A stretch of DNA of 64,000 nucleotides, taken from NCBI GenBank assembly GCA_008632985.1, contig QPGO01000088.1:186001-250000 (forward strand). Reading direction: 5' to 3'. Position numbers and translations under genes: made by a program. Origin of the DNA: Psammoneis japonica (lineage: Eukaryota). Positions 12,861 through 25,811 of the stretch are shown here, one piece after another. A model generated the notes under the pieces. The model ran no database searches and was not told the DNA's origin. It saw only the letters and a list, made by a program, of their open reading frames with translations. Each line of letters opens with the position of its first letter. Positions within the stretch are counted from its first letter, which is position 1.

Positions 12861-15800
12861 CTCGGTCCCCTCGAAATGTTCCTCTAGAGTAAGCTCACTA
12901 GACACAATTCGACCCTGTGCTAAATCGCGATCTCCAACACTAAATAAACATGATCCTTGAGCATGGTGTAAACCCTCACCAGGGAAGAAAATCACCACCG
13001 CTCCTCCACCACCACTCCTCCACTCAATGCGTGAACTTGTCGTCTGACAGAAAATTTCGTCTGACCGACGACATGATCTTCGTGAACAAATCACTCAGGT
13101 TTGTTTCCGTTCCCTCCTTTGCAGTCCTGACAGTCCCTGCAGTGACAGCTTTGCAGTTACGGTGATGTGCAATGGAGTGATGCTTCTTCTTGAGTGCAGA
13201 CTCAGGAATGGCGGAGCAATTCTTGTGGGCGGCCTCGTTTCACAAAAGACATTTGTTGGTCCCTCAATCGGCACCCCGAACATTCGAAGCTTGTGTTGCA
13301 GTCCTTCAACGAGCTCAATGACACTCTTGAGCACAATGATCTTGGCTCCAAATGCACTTGCCTCCACAGCATTCTGACATTTCGAGCATCGCGTGATGGG
13401 CGCCCGATTGACAAACATCAAGACACCTGTGTGACTGCGGCGATCGGCAACATTGCCAGCATGGTTGGCATCCACAAAACAATGTGTTGACACTGCATTG
13501 CCTCGAGCAGGCAGTGCATTTGTTGGGATGGCTTCCTTGGCAGCTTGGCAAAAGTCATGCCAATCATGCTTCACGAATCGCGATTCATCAATCTTGGGAT
13601 GAGCCGGGTCAAAAGCCACTTGGCGCTTTGGAACCTGTTTGAGACACTCAAAGACATGCAGTGCTTGTTCCAGATGACCAATGCAAGGCAATGCAAGGTG
13701 AGCAGACATTGGCAACACTTCCAAATGAATGTTGACTCTGCCGAGTTCCACAGCCCAAACCAACATGCCAGTCAACTCTTGGCAGCAGTTTGGTCCTTCG
13801 GCATCTAACTCGCCAGTCATGCCCAGCTTGGGCTTGCATCCACTGCTCAGCAGAGCAGTCACCTCACTGGGCAGACATTTTCCTTCTTTGCTAAGTTTGT
13901 CCTCAACATTCTGAATGGTGGCCTTGCAGCACTTCTCTGCAGACATCGACGGACAGATGGTTCCATCGACCAGAGTCATCTTGGAAAGTGCAGCTCCGAG
14001 GCAAGAATCAGGCTCGGCCACTTTGTCACCCTTGAGCTTGAGCTTGGACCTGATGCCATCTATCATCTTTGTTGGCACATGACTGATTGATGACACATCG
14101 TCAACATAAACTGAAGTGCACTTGCAGTGCTTGAATCTGTGGGTTTCACCGCAGGTCGCATCCACACACGTCCGGATCGGCCTTGCTTGGCTTGTGCCCC
14201 AGATCATGCAGCGTCTCCACCAGAAATGCCCTGAATGCCACTCCTGAGCTCTTCAACCCACAGAGCGCTCTGACAACAATCATGACACATCCTTCATCTT
14301 CACCAAATTCTGAACCTGCACAGGTCCAAATCTTCTCCCTGCAAGGGGTGGTGAGGCAGGCATTCTGGATGTTGCATGCAAAAACTTGTGAGTCATTGAG
14401 CACTGCAAGTGCAAGTGCAATTCTTGCTGAGTCCTGCGAGATGACAGAGGAGCAGTTGAGAGTTGCAGGGGCTTCAGTGGTGTGGCCTCCAGCCACCATG
14501 CGAGCTTTGCAATGAAAATTTTCTCCCATCTTGATGTCGAAAATCACATGGCATTTTGCTTCCTGGCAACCAGGCGCCATGTCTTCTAGCTCCCCCTCAT
14601 GTTTCTCAAATGCAGTGCGTGCATTCTTCATCTCCATGCAAATGGCATCCCACCAAAAAGTGTTGCCATTTGCATGATCCAGCTGGATTGCCTCCTTGAT
14701 GCTCTTGGAAATTTGGACAACTCATGTGTCCCCAGCCAACATTTTGACTTGACCTTCGCAATGGAACACTTGTGGGTCCTCATGATGTGAGGAACCCACC
14801 AAGCAAACGCTGCCTCCTCTGAGATCTTGCGCTGGATGGAAAACTTGGTGACTTGGACAGGGAAACTCTCCTTGGCGTCCTTCAAGTCTGTCCATGTCAA
14901 ACTCCCGTCCTTCCATTGCAACAGGAGTTCCCATCCCTTGGTGGTCTTGCACCTCTTCCGAACACCCTGCTCAGTCTCAAAGAATGCGGATTCCGGAATG
15001 TCCCTGTTTGCATGGCAATCAACCATCTCATCAATTGGAACATGCCGGTTCCCGTCTTTGTCAATCTGTGCAATCATGTCAATGGCAATGGAGTTAGCAG
15101 AGAGTGCAGCACTGTGCCCATCAGGGTGCTCTACCTCACACATCCCAGTGTCAAGGATGGGATTGTCATTGGCTGTTCCAACTGGAATGCCATTGGTGTC
15201 TCTTAACCTCTTCATAACGTGAGCAAAGTTGGGGCCATTGTCATCCCTCGGGAGTGCCACTTCCATGTTTGGACAACCCCAATCAGCTGCTTCCGGCAAG
15301 GCTTCCTCATCTTTCTTGTCGTCGTCTTCATCAATTGTTTCTTCTGATGACATGATGCAATCGCACTCATCAAGGAATTCGTCATTGCATCCAAGGCAGT
15401 CCTTCCAATCTTTGGGGCTGATCTTTCGTTCCTCGTCATCGGGGAAATCTTGCTCCCTCAGACGGTGCATGATCTCCTCGTCAAAATGGTCAAACTCAAC
15501 CTTGTTCTCTTGAGTGGTGGCTTCTAAGCTGGTGACTCATTGAACGGATGTCCTCAACATGACACTGCCGGTCTCTGTTAAAACTTAATGTGACATGAGA
15601 CTCCCCATTCTGTGAGATGCACCAAGCCACCTGCCAAGTTTCTCATCACCAAGACCTGCATTCTCCCTGCACCAGACCCAATCATAAAATCCAAAGTCCA
15701 GGTGCTCTGAGACATCCACGGTCTCTCCAAGAATGTTTTCAAGTGGTGCTCCAGCATCCAAATGATGTGATCTAATGCAAGACATGATTTCACAGGTCCG

Positions 15801-17030
15801 TGCAAATCTGCAATCCCACAATTGCCTTGGCACACGCTTCTTGACCATGATGCAGAACCACTTGCATCAAACTTTGCACACAACTCCTTCAGCAGGGTTC
15901 TGGTTGTGTCGATCGGGTTCGATGACATGGTGGTCAATGCCTTCCTTGTGCACCATCTTCATGAACTCAGTGCCCGGTTTTGTCTGCACCTTGGAACCAT
16001 CCATGACAAGCTTCTTGGCAGAACGTCTTGAGAGCTTCTCCTGCTTTGCTCTTCTTGTCCACATGGCAGATCACAGCAAAGTGTTGCTTGTTTGTAAAGA
16101 TCCGGGCATGTTGATTGCCTTCTCACAAAATCACCTTACCGTCAACAGCATTGGTTGCCCACTCACCTTGCAGTCTTGGTGTTGTCATCATGTGCTGGTC
16201 CGCTCGACAGCGTTGACCCATGGGCATTGGCACCAACCTTGTGAGCTTCCAAGCAATTTTCTTGAGTGTGCTTGTTGCTTGCTTGAGTCCAATGCACCAT
16301 TGTTCGCTCAAGTCCACAGCTGTCATGTCACTGTGCTGCTCCTTGGACATGAATGTCTTGCGGGTTGGCGAATCTTCAGGTCCGTCACCAATCATTTCGG
16401 TTGCAGCGACCTCAACTTCTGGTGGTGCATGACTTTACTTTAACTGCTGCTGTCAACCTTGATTGAATTTGATCAACACCACAGATGAATTGCCTGTCTT
16501 TGCAGTCCCCAGACTGAGGGTCACTGCAAGCGGTGTCAGCACTAAATTTGTGTGTCAAATTTGTCTGGGCAGTCTGGATCGTTGCAATTGGCTGAACCAA
16601 TTCCGTTTCCTCCTCCACAGAGCATTGAGGTCCAACAGAATTGAACTTGACATTCTGTGGTTCCCAAGGGTTGATGGGAGGTCATCTGGATCCCAGGGCA
16701 CTCATGCAACTCCTGATCCATGGGAGTGCAAGTTGCCACAACGACATTGGTCCCCACAACCTCAAGTGGCATCATGAGCAAATTGTCCTCCATGAGAACA
16801 TGCAATGGCGAGTTGGGACAGGGGTTGTCCTGGACCTTCACACTAAAATGCCGCAATTGGTTGGGGTCAACCAATGAGTGCTCCATGGAGTCTGCTGTCA
16901 GGACACTCTTGATGGAATCGCATCCCTCATCAAAAGGCAACACATCACATTCTCTTCCAGATTGACCCAAGAGGGTGAAATTACAACCAAAGACAGTGGT
17001 GTCAGCGTGCAAATCCATTTCAATGTCTGC
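12644..17030 (-). mobile_element. degenerate CoDi-like Copia retrotransposon (element B), 5'-truncated
   Basis: Fragments: protease EMDLHADT (~17010), integrase EPDRHNQNPAEG (~15900), RT CHVIFDIKM..KARMVAGGH and YVDD (~14100-14550), RNase H CFVDANHAG..RRSHTG (~13450), ending TNLSDLFTK. Confidence 0.93.
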
Positions 17031-17045
17031 TCTTGATGATCTTTC

Positions 17046-17065
17046 CACACACACACACACACACA
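17046..17065. repeat. (CA)10 microsatellite at the junction of two TE relics
   Basis: Direct reading. Confidence 0.9.
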
Positions 17066-18316
17066 TGGTTTGTTGGTCTTACAAAGAGATGTCATTGTCA
17101 TCCAGCTCCTCCAAGTTGTGCTTCGTGTCGAGTTTCGGGAAAATCGGTTCAAGAATTTCTGCGGGATTCACCGCGCACCCGAATGGAAATTTTGCCGCCA
17201 GTTTTGGTCGCAGATGAGTGTGGTGATTTTGTGTGTTTTCTACACAAGCTCTGGTGTCTATTTGTGCAGCTCTACATCAATCCTCTACACAGCATGCCTT
17301 TCTTTGTGTGACACCTTAAACATGCTGTCTGCCTCAGCCTCCAGCCCCGCCTGGCTTCACTTCTTTAACTCCAATGCTTTCAGGCAACGGCTCACCTCTT
17401 TCAGCTCAGTCTTCAGTTTGTTGACCTCTTGGTGAGCCACAAAGGTGCAAAAGCTTGAGCTGACTTGGCCTCAGTCCCCGCGTTCTTGGCGTTCTCCGTG
17501 AGGGTTGCCACCACAGCTTGGAGAGCAGTGAGTGCTTCAAACCCACAGTTGGTTGCCAGGAATTTGACGCATTCAGATGCCACAGAGGGATGGTTCTTGA
17601 ACCCATGAAGCACATGATGTTCCACCATCACATCCTGAACCCAAAAGACTGCCCAAAAAATTCTGGCTGCACACCGCATCCGGGTCTGTCCCAGCCACAG
17701 ATGTGAACACCCCAGACCAAATCTTGTCAATGTTGTCAAAGATCTGGTGGCCCAAGCCAGCAATCAAAGACCAAGCTTGCTTTTCAGAGAACTTGCTCAG
17801 CTTCACAAGGTTGTTGCAGGTCTTGTCCATGAACTGGATCCAGGCCCAGACAAAGGCTGCCAACTTCGACAGAGCATCGCGGACCACTTGGCTTTCAAAT
17901 GATCCAGCCAGAATCCTTTGATCAGTGTGTCATTGGGACATCAGTCTCGGCTGTGCCCATCTTGTCTAAGATAAAATGCTTGGTCCCGGTGGTGCCCGTC
18001 AACCAATGGTCATGAGTCGGGATTTTGTCAAAGAAAGAAAAGTGAAGCCCAGGGGACTGAGCCGCCTTTGCAGTGCCTGAGTCTTGGACCCGAGGCATGC
18101 CATGCTGGAAGCCAGACAGGGTCCGCACATCCCCTCATTGCTGATCCTCAAATTCATTTGCTTGGCCAGTCCCGCAAGAAAATCATGGAGTGCTGCTGGC
18201 TTGACACCCATGATGTGATCTAAGAGCAAGTTTGCATCAGTTGGGCACCCATGAGCCCTGGATGAGAAGTGGCTGACCATCCACGCCTGGCATTCCTGGA
18301 AGGACAAGACCCCCCC

Positions 18317-18562
18317 TGACAGGATTTGAACAAGATTTCAGTTTGTCCCACACAATTGTGCACGCTCTTGGTTCCATGTGCGTTGTGTGATGCAGTTTGC
18401 TTTTGAGCCACTCGGCTCACAAGAATGACAGCAGTTGTGCCAATGTCAATGACACCAGTCTTTCGGCTCCTGCAGCGGTCTCTGCACCGAGACTCATCTG
18501 CCATCCAGACAGCAGCAAGGAGTTGTTGTTTTCTTCCACCCAGTCATCTTCAATTTCTGTCA
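18317..18562 (+). repeat. 5' LTR of element D
   Basis: TGACAGGATTTG...TTTCTGTCA, colinear with 25566-25811. Confidence 0.95.
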
Positions 18563-21500
18563 GATTGACAGCCTTGCTTGTCTTCATCCATTTTGAGCAT
18601 TCATCATCATCACAAGAAAATTTTGATGACGCGCACCATTCGCGGTGGAAGCAGAGTGTGTGCCTGCCTTTTACACTGCTGGATGTTGGATTGAATTGGT
18701 GCGTTTGGATCTGTCCAATGCTTCTCATTGCTGAACACATTTGTTCAACGGACATTTGTTTGGTCAGGAATTCCCAAACTCTCAGACATCCGAGATTCCG
18801 GAATCCCTGTTCTGCCCTGGTTGGCAGACAGACCAATCCATCCGCACGTGTTCACGTGCCCACGACACAATCATCTGACTCTGGCCTTGCTGCATGCACG
18901 CCAAGTCTGCTGCCTCGTATCTACACTGGATTGCTGGTCTTCTACAGTCCCACAAGGTCTGCCATGAGGATGACTGTGAGAGGAAGCAGTTCATGATTGC
19001 AGCCTGCGTTGGGGTGAGGGTGCATTTCCCATGTTTTTTGGTCCCTCCACAGTGCCAAATTTGGCCGGCCTGATCAGGTCATCCAACCGATGTAAACAAA
19101 AACAGTTCAGAGGTCTTGTTCACCTCCAGCTGGCTTGTCAGCAGGGGTTTTTAACCCGTCACTCCGCTCTCAGGCAACTCAAAGCATCACCAGCTGTGGG
19201 TTCGGACGTGCCGGGGCACAACTCTGCGGACCAGACAGGAAGCTCAGCATTTGGCTGTGAATGGGACATCACAGCATGACAGCTTCTGATTTGTGAGATG
19301 GCTCAAGACATCAAGTCAAGTTTCAAGTCAAGTTTCAAGTTGTTTCAAGCTTGCCTCCAACTCTGGCACCAGTTCCGACACCCACTCAGTTGCAACATGG
19401 TTCTCACCAGGCAGCAACAAATCAATGGTCTCAAGCACATCTTAGGCACTGTTCTGAATCAAACCACAGACAGTCCGTTGCGCTCTGCCCTCAGCATTGA
19501 CAGCACTGACTCATGCCAGGATCTCTTTGCTTTCACTCCAATGCAACTGGATGCCCTGGTTTGCAATGATGGCACCAATCAAACGCCCTTGCCACGTGGT
19601 CACAAAGCACAAAGGGCTGCACTGATTAGTCTGCACATGGTGAAAGTGCGTGGCAGCGCCAATGTTGGCAACAATCCCAACTTGTTCACACAGGAGGAGT
19701 TTGCTGACTGTCATCTCAGTCCCAAGTGCACAGCGTCCCTCTCCATGGGTGCAGCGCCATCTGCTCCCACTCCTGGCTCATTGCCCCCAAAACCACGTGA
19801 CCCCATGCGTGACTTTAAACGAGGCATCAAACATGACCCACTCACCTTTGCGACTCTCAAGTCTGACAAACAGTGGCACACATGGCACACCTCTGTCATC
19901 ACACAGGCCCACTCCCAGGACGTCAACTGCATCCTTGATCCAACGTGCAAGTCCTCCACAGCTGAGGACAAGGCCCTGTTCGATGAACAACTGAAGTGCA
20001 TGTTCACTGCATTCGAACACATCTTGCAGAACGACAAAAACAAGGCACTTGTTCATGAACATGTTGCCTCCTCTGATGCTCAAGCAGTGTGTTGTGACCT
20101 GTCCAAGCATGCCCTTGAATCTGCTCGCACATCCCTGGAGTCCTTGACCCTTCTCACGCACATCACCACTGCTCGCCTTGGTGATGGCACCTGGAAAGGC
20201 TCCACCCATGCCTTCACACTTCACTGGCAGGGGACCAGCTCAAGCATGAAGCTCTCATTCCAAGTGTGGACCACTTCTCTGCTGGCCAGAAATGCACCAT
20301 GCTTGAGAACACCATTCATCCTGTTGAAGAACTTTGTTTGGCAAAGAATCAAGCTGATCAGACTGGCATGCAGAATGGCACGGACCTTTCATGCAAGCAG
20401 CACTGTGGGCTCACACTTTCTGCAGCAGCACAGTGCGACTGTGCATTCAACCCCAAGATGGCCTCCCATGCCCACGCCATGCCATCTGCACCCATGACCT
20501 GGCACCCGACAACCCTGATGATGACACATTCTTTGACATTGACAGTGATGTTGACATCATTCAGGCTTGTGCTGCTCAAGCCCGCGGTTCTTCTCTCACC
20601 AGGGAACAGTGGCACCGCATTTTGCCAGACCACCAGTGCATTTGGGACAGCCTGCCACAGTCCACCAAGGCCATCATCCTTGGATTGTGCCCCCCCTGTT
20701 CCGGCAACTGCCATGAGTCAGAAGCTGTCAGCCTCCATGCTCCATGACCTCCGTCTTTGAAGCAATGGCAATGTTGATTTGTGCGCCAACACTCATGATC
20801 TTGCCTTGACTGCCACACCACCTGATGATGCACGTGACAGGATGGACAACAACCTCATCTGGCACATCTCATGAAGTGCAAGCTTCTGCCGCCTGGCGAT
20901 CTGCAGTGTCTTCTCTTGCCTGACAAGCCGCTCCTCTGCTTTCAATGGTGGGAACCATTCAAGATTCTTTCTGATGACACTCAGAAGATTCTCTGCTGCT
21001 TGAACATGATGTGTTCCACCCGTGATCTGTCCACTCCAAACCTGCATCTTGATCCCCTTGACAAGGAATCTGTTTAACCCACCATCAAATCCCAACACAA
21101 CTCCGAGGATCCACTGGCTTCACCAGATGGAGAGGTGATCAGGATGCCCAAAATGCTGGTCTTTCTTGACCCCGAGGACATCATTGGATGCACCTTCCTC
21201 ATGAAGCAACAAGAGGATGGACAACACCACAGAGCCCATGTCATCAAAGCCGTTGAAGACCATGGCTGGAAAATTGGAGACAACCCTGAACTGGTCAAGT
21301 TCATCAGCTCCGTTGACAATGATGAACATGAGGAAGTCCTTGCCTGCAACAGCATCATGCACCACATTGAGCAAGAAGACAAGGATTCCACCCTCTGGAA
21401 ATTCCAATGCATCCTCTCATGCAAAGGACCATTGAGACCTCACGATCCCTCTTGGAAAGGCTCAAGCTGCAATGTCATGCTTGAATGGGAGAATGGGGGG

Positions 21501-21691
21501 ATCACGTCTGAACCCCTTGCCATCATTGCCAAGGACAATCCCACCACCTGTGCCATTTGTGCACACGAACACGATTTGCTTGAGACCAACAACTGGAAAC
21601 ACTTGCAGACTGTCACTCTGCACCAGAAGAAGCTGTTCTGCATGGCCAATCAAGCCAAGTTGCACTCCTTTTGTGCTGCACCATGATGCAA

Positions 21692-24600
21692 CATCAGAGA
21701 CCCGCAGCAAAGGCCATGATTCACAAATCATCGAACCCCAACATCTCATGGTGTGCACACGCGCGCAAACATTGGTCGACCCCACTCCAGATTGAAATCG
21801 ACATCACTTGTCGGGAGTGCAACATTTTTGTTTGTTTTCACCATCCTGATCGGCACATTTTGCACTTGTTGCTCCTGGCAGACGTGTTTCATTCAATGTG
21901 CATTTGTTGACTTGTGTTCCAACATAAAAAGCAACATGGCAGAATTGCTCCTTTGTCTCTGAATGATTGCACTTCATTCCAACTGAAACATGTTCATTTT
22001 CACATTGTGTGTGCATTTGCGCCGAAAGTACGGCATTTCCGTCTTCATGACGGATGTCAATCATTCAGCGAAATTTTCACCTTTTTCTGTTGTTCCTCTT
22101 GCAGCATTCATCCGGCCAATCGTGTGCAGGACATTTGTCCCTTCCACTTGTGATCTACGGATCCAATCCCCTGTGCATTTTGCAATCACTGCAGAACAGC
22201 GAAAGCAGTGCGACGAGGATTCCGTGGATTCTCTGCGCAAGACTGCATGGGTTCTCCACAAATCAACATTTTAAAACCTGCTGCGTGCATCATCAAGAGC
22301 TGCCAAACAACTCGAACCCACCATGACAATGAAGTGCGACGGTGTTGATGCTCATTCTGCCTTTTATGAAGCATGCATGGTCACCAAGAAACAACAACCA
22401 ACAGCAAAAAAAAGAACAGGCTCCTTCCTTTTGATGCAAGCAGCAAGTTCGTGATTGATTGTTGACGTGGCTGATCAATGAATTTGCAGCAAAACATGCC
22501 TTCAGCATGGGACACGCCGCTTCTGATGACATGAGTTCATTGTCATGGTTGTCTCACATGACTTGGTGATTTTCACTCCACGAGACTCGGAAATTGACCT
22601 GAATGTGCCGCATCATGGTCATCGTGGTCGAAGACTCGAGAGGTTGGTGAAAGCACATTTTCCTCGCACATGAGCCACGCAGAAATCACGCAGAAAAATG
22701 GCTCTTGTTTTTGGACAGAGGATCTGTTTAAATTCGAGTGCAGATTTACAGCCAAACAAAAAAACATTCGGGAAGCACTCTTTTCAGGTGAGCAAAAAAA
22801 CACAAAGAGGGGAAAAATGCAACCGTCGCTCCGCAAGACTCAAAAGACAATGCAAAAAAGGGAGGGCCGGCTTGCAACGGCGTGCAAAGCAGTGCGACCA
22901 TGGCACGGTGAGTGCAGGCAAACACACAACACAAAAAACAACAAAGAATTGTTGCATCTGTGCCTCAGAGACAGACCAATCTAAGCAAGTGGATGGCTGA
23001 TGATCAAAAGGCCGGCAGAGACATCATCAAGGTGAGAGATCGCATCAAAGAAGAGGCTTTTTTGAGCATCGCACTCACACTTTGTGCAACAAAACAGGCA
23101 CGCTGCACAAAAACAAGTTTTGCTGCAAGTTTTGCGGGGGGATTGATGTTGCAGATGGCCGATGATCAAAAGTCTGGTGGAGACATCTTCAAGGCAAGAG
23201 ATCTCGTGTCAAAGAAGAAGCTTTTTTGAGAGCGCCGCACTTGCGCTTGGCGCAAAATGACCAGACAAAACAGGCAAGCCGCACAAAGACAAGCTTCACC
23301 ACAAGCCTCATTGGAGAATTAATGTTGCACAAGATTCAAAACTCACACCAGCAGCATGGCCATTTCCAACGACACAGGGGCGGGACAAGACGAGAGAGCG
23401 ACTCTCAGCTCTGATGGGTGTTGTGAACGAGCTTGAGAGCATCGCCAACAAGAGGCTCATGCAAAAGGAGGACATTGCAAAGAAGAGAAAGTGTGCAAGA
23501 TGACTCAAGCACTTTGTGCCAAGCAACTCGGGGCCGGCAAAGGAGGACGCAGGAGGAGACGATGCACGGCACCAAGGAAGAGCAGCAAGGGAGGGGATGG
23601 TTGCCGAGAGCCAACAAGTTCTTCAAGGAGCCGGTCATGGAGATCAAACGCAACATCATGAGTGATCAACTTGGTCAATGGGAAGATCCGTGTAGAATGA
23701 TTTCAGGCAGCCACAGAAAGCAAGCGGGGGAGGACTTCACGGCTTGGGTGACAAGGGGGAGACCCCACATGGCGAGCTGTGCCAAGGTCGGCAAGCTGGA
23801 GCTGATGGTGGCTTGGCAGATAAAAACCCATGATTGTAATTTCGTTGTTGTCCAACTCGAGCATTCTTACATTGTAGAAGCTGCACTTTAGACGGCCACT
23901 TGAACATTTCGTGTGGATGTAAACTTCTTGAATTTCACCGTGCTGATTGGATGCACCTCCCTGGATTCGAACCCACGGACATTTGTTGGAGGTGCGCGAC
24001 ATTTTGTTCGAACCAACGGACATTTGTTGGTTGGTGTGGACATTTGTTTGTTGTCAATCACGACCATTTGTGGTAAATGGTCGTGATTCGTGTTAACACG
24101 GGATCCACGGGTGCACCCGGGAATTGCGGGATGAAAGGGGAAAGGGGCAAATGGGAATGTTGGGAAAGTGAGGGGCCATTGTTGTGCCTTGAGGGTCCCT
24201 TTGGTGAGCTGAACACGCACATTTCTCATCTGACCATCACAGGTCCGTCTTGTGGGGGGTGTCAAAATATTGTGACGGGGCGCGTCTTGAGGATCAATCG
24301 TCACATGGTGTGCATGGCTGTGAAGGTCACACAAAGTTGAAAAACGCACGTTCGCGTTTTTCATTTGTGTCGTTTTCAGATTCATGTGATGTCAATGGTC
24401 AAACATGTGACACACAAAATCATTTCTTGAGACCGCGTCTGCTCTCACAATTTGAGGACCCCCGAAAGGACGGACCTGTGAGGGTCAAATTGGCAATGAG
24501 CGTGCTTGGCTGACCAAAGGGTCCCTCAAGGTAAAATGACAGCATGTCACTTTTCCACCATTCACATTTGCCCCTTTCCCCTTTCATCCCACATTTCACA

Positions 24601-24745
24601 GATTCCCCTGGTGCATCCGCGGATCCCGTGTTAAATGGCCATGATTCATCACAAATGAACACATGCACGGGCTCTCACATGTTTTGTCACCAACAATGTC
24701 CATTGGCATGACCACAAGACAATTCACGGAAACGGGCCTCTGATG
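21692..24745. mobile_element. non-autonomous TIR DNA transposon (E) inserted in pol of D; 2-bp AA TSD (CMC/EnSpm-like)
   Basis: TIR CATCAGAGACCCG / CGGGCCTCTGATG (12/13); AA on both sides; removal restores host P-x-C-K-C-G-C-E-V-P (canonical PxYKYGYEVP); GGACATTTGTT repeats at 23977-24056. Confidence 0.8.
24097..24630. mobile_element. piggyBac-like MITE (534 bp)
   Basis: TTAA at 24093-24096 and 24631-24634; termini CACGGGATCC / GGATCCCGTG; imperfect inverted repeats about 200 bp long. Confidence 0.85.
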
Positions 24746-25129
24746 AAGTGTGGGTGTGAAGTGCCCCGGGACTGCAAGCATGCCTTGGCCCTTGATGAGC
24801 GCAACAGCAACCACAAGTGGGGAGATGCAACAGACCTCAAGGTGACTCAGCCAGGTGAGTGCAAGGTTCTCTTAAACTGCGGACACTGCAAGGACTCCAG
24901 TGCCCAAAAGCAGGGCACAAGAAGACTGGGGTGCATCTCATCCATGATGTCAGACATGACGGATGGCACAAGGTGCGACTTGTTGCTGATGGACACCTCA
25001 CAGAGGCACCCATTGACTGTCCGCACATCACTTTGCATTGCCTTGGCATCCCCATTCATGAAAAATGTTGCATGTTCAGGGACAACAAGTTGGTTGTGGA
25101 CAGCGCCACTGTCCTGGACTCCAAGCCAC

Positions 25130-25505
25130 ACAAGCAACACACCACCCTCTTGTTCCCACTGTGTGTGTGTGTGAGGCAATTGCCTCCAGTTTCCTCAAGT
25201 TTCATTTCATCAAAGGTTCCCGCAACCCAGCTGACATCCTCAGCAAGCACTGGGGCCACTCCCAGATCTGGGCCCTCCTTCATCCTCCAATGTTTTGGAA
25301 CTTTGATCCTGAGGCACTCCAAGTTACACAAGCGACACACCACCCTCTTGTTCCACTGTGTGTGTGAGGTGATTGCCTCCAGTTTCCTCAAGTTTCATTT
25401 CATCAAAGGTTCCCGCAACTGAGCTGACATCCTCAGCAAGCACTGGGGCCACTCCCAGAGCTGGACCCTCCTTCATCATCTCATGTTTTTGAACTTCGAT
25501 CCCAA
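25130..25505 (+). repeat. tandem duplication (~190 bp) of RNase H C-terminus within D
   Basis: HK(Q/R)HTTLLF..IASSFLKFHFIKGSRN..ADILSKHWGHSQ occurs twice. Confidence 0.9.
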
Positions 25506-25565
25506 GGCTTTCAACCAATCTGACCTTGAATTTGTTGCTGTTGACCCCTCAAGCAAACTGGGGAG

Positions 25566-25811
25566 TGACAGGATTTGAACAAGATTTTAGTTTGTCACAC
25601 ATGATTGTGTGCGCTCTTGGCTCTGCGTGCGTCACGCGCTGCAGTTTGCTTTCAAGCCACTTGACTCACAAGAACAATGACAGCAGTGCCGACATCAACA
25701 ACACCAGTCTTTCGGCTCCTGTGACGGCCTCTGCATGGAGACTCATCTGCCATTTAGACAGCAGCAAGGAGTTGTTGTTTTCTTCCACCCAGTCATCTTC
25801 AATTTCTGTCA
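25566..25811 (+). repeat. 3' LTR of element D
   Basis: Same length and termini as 18317-18562, preceded by PPT. Confidence 0.95.

Larger units (their letters stand above)
18317..25811 (+). mobile_element. internally deleted CoDi-like Copia retrotransposon (element D) with both LTRs
   Basis: 246-bp LTR pair; gag FKRGIKHDP..DKQW (~19800); NVMLEWENG..EPL (~21480); RT N-terminus VRLVADGHLT joined directly to RNase H tail MFRDN..NPADILSKHW; PPT GGGGAG before the 3' LTR; C-rich target site (CCCCC / ACCCC). Confidence 0.92.
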
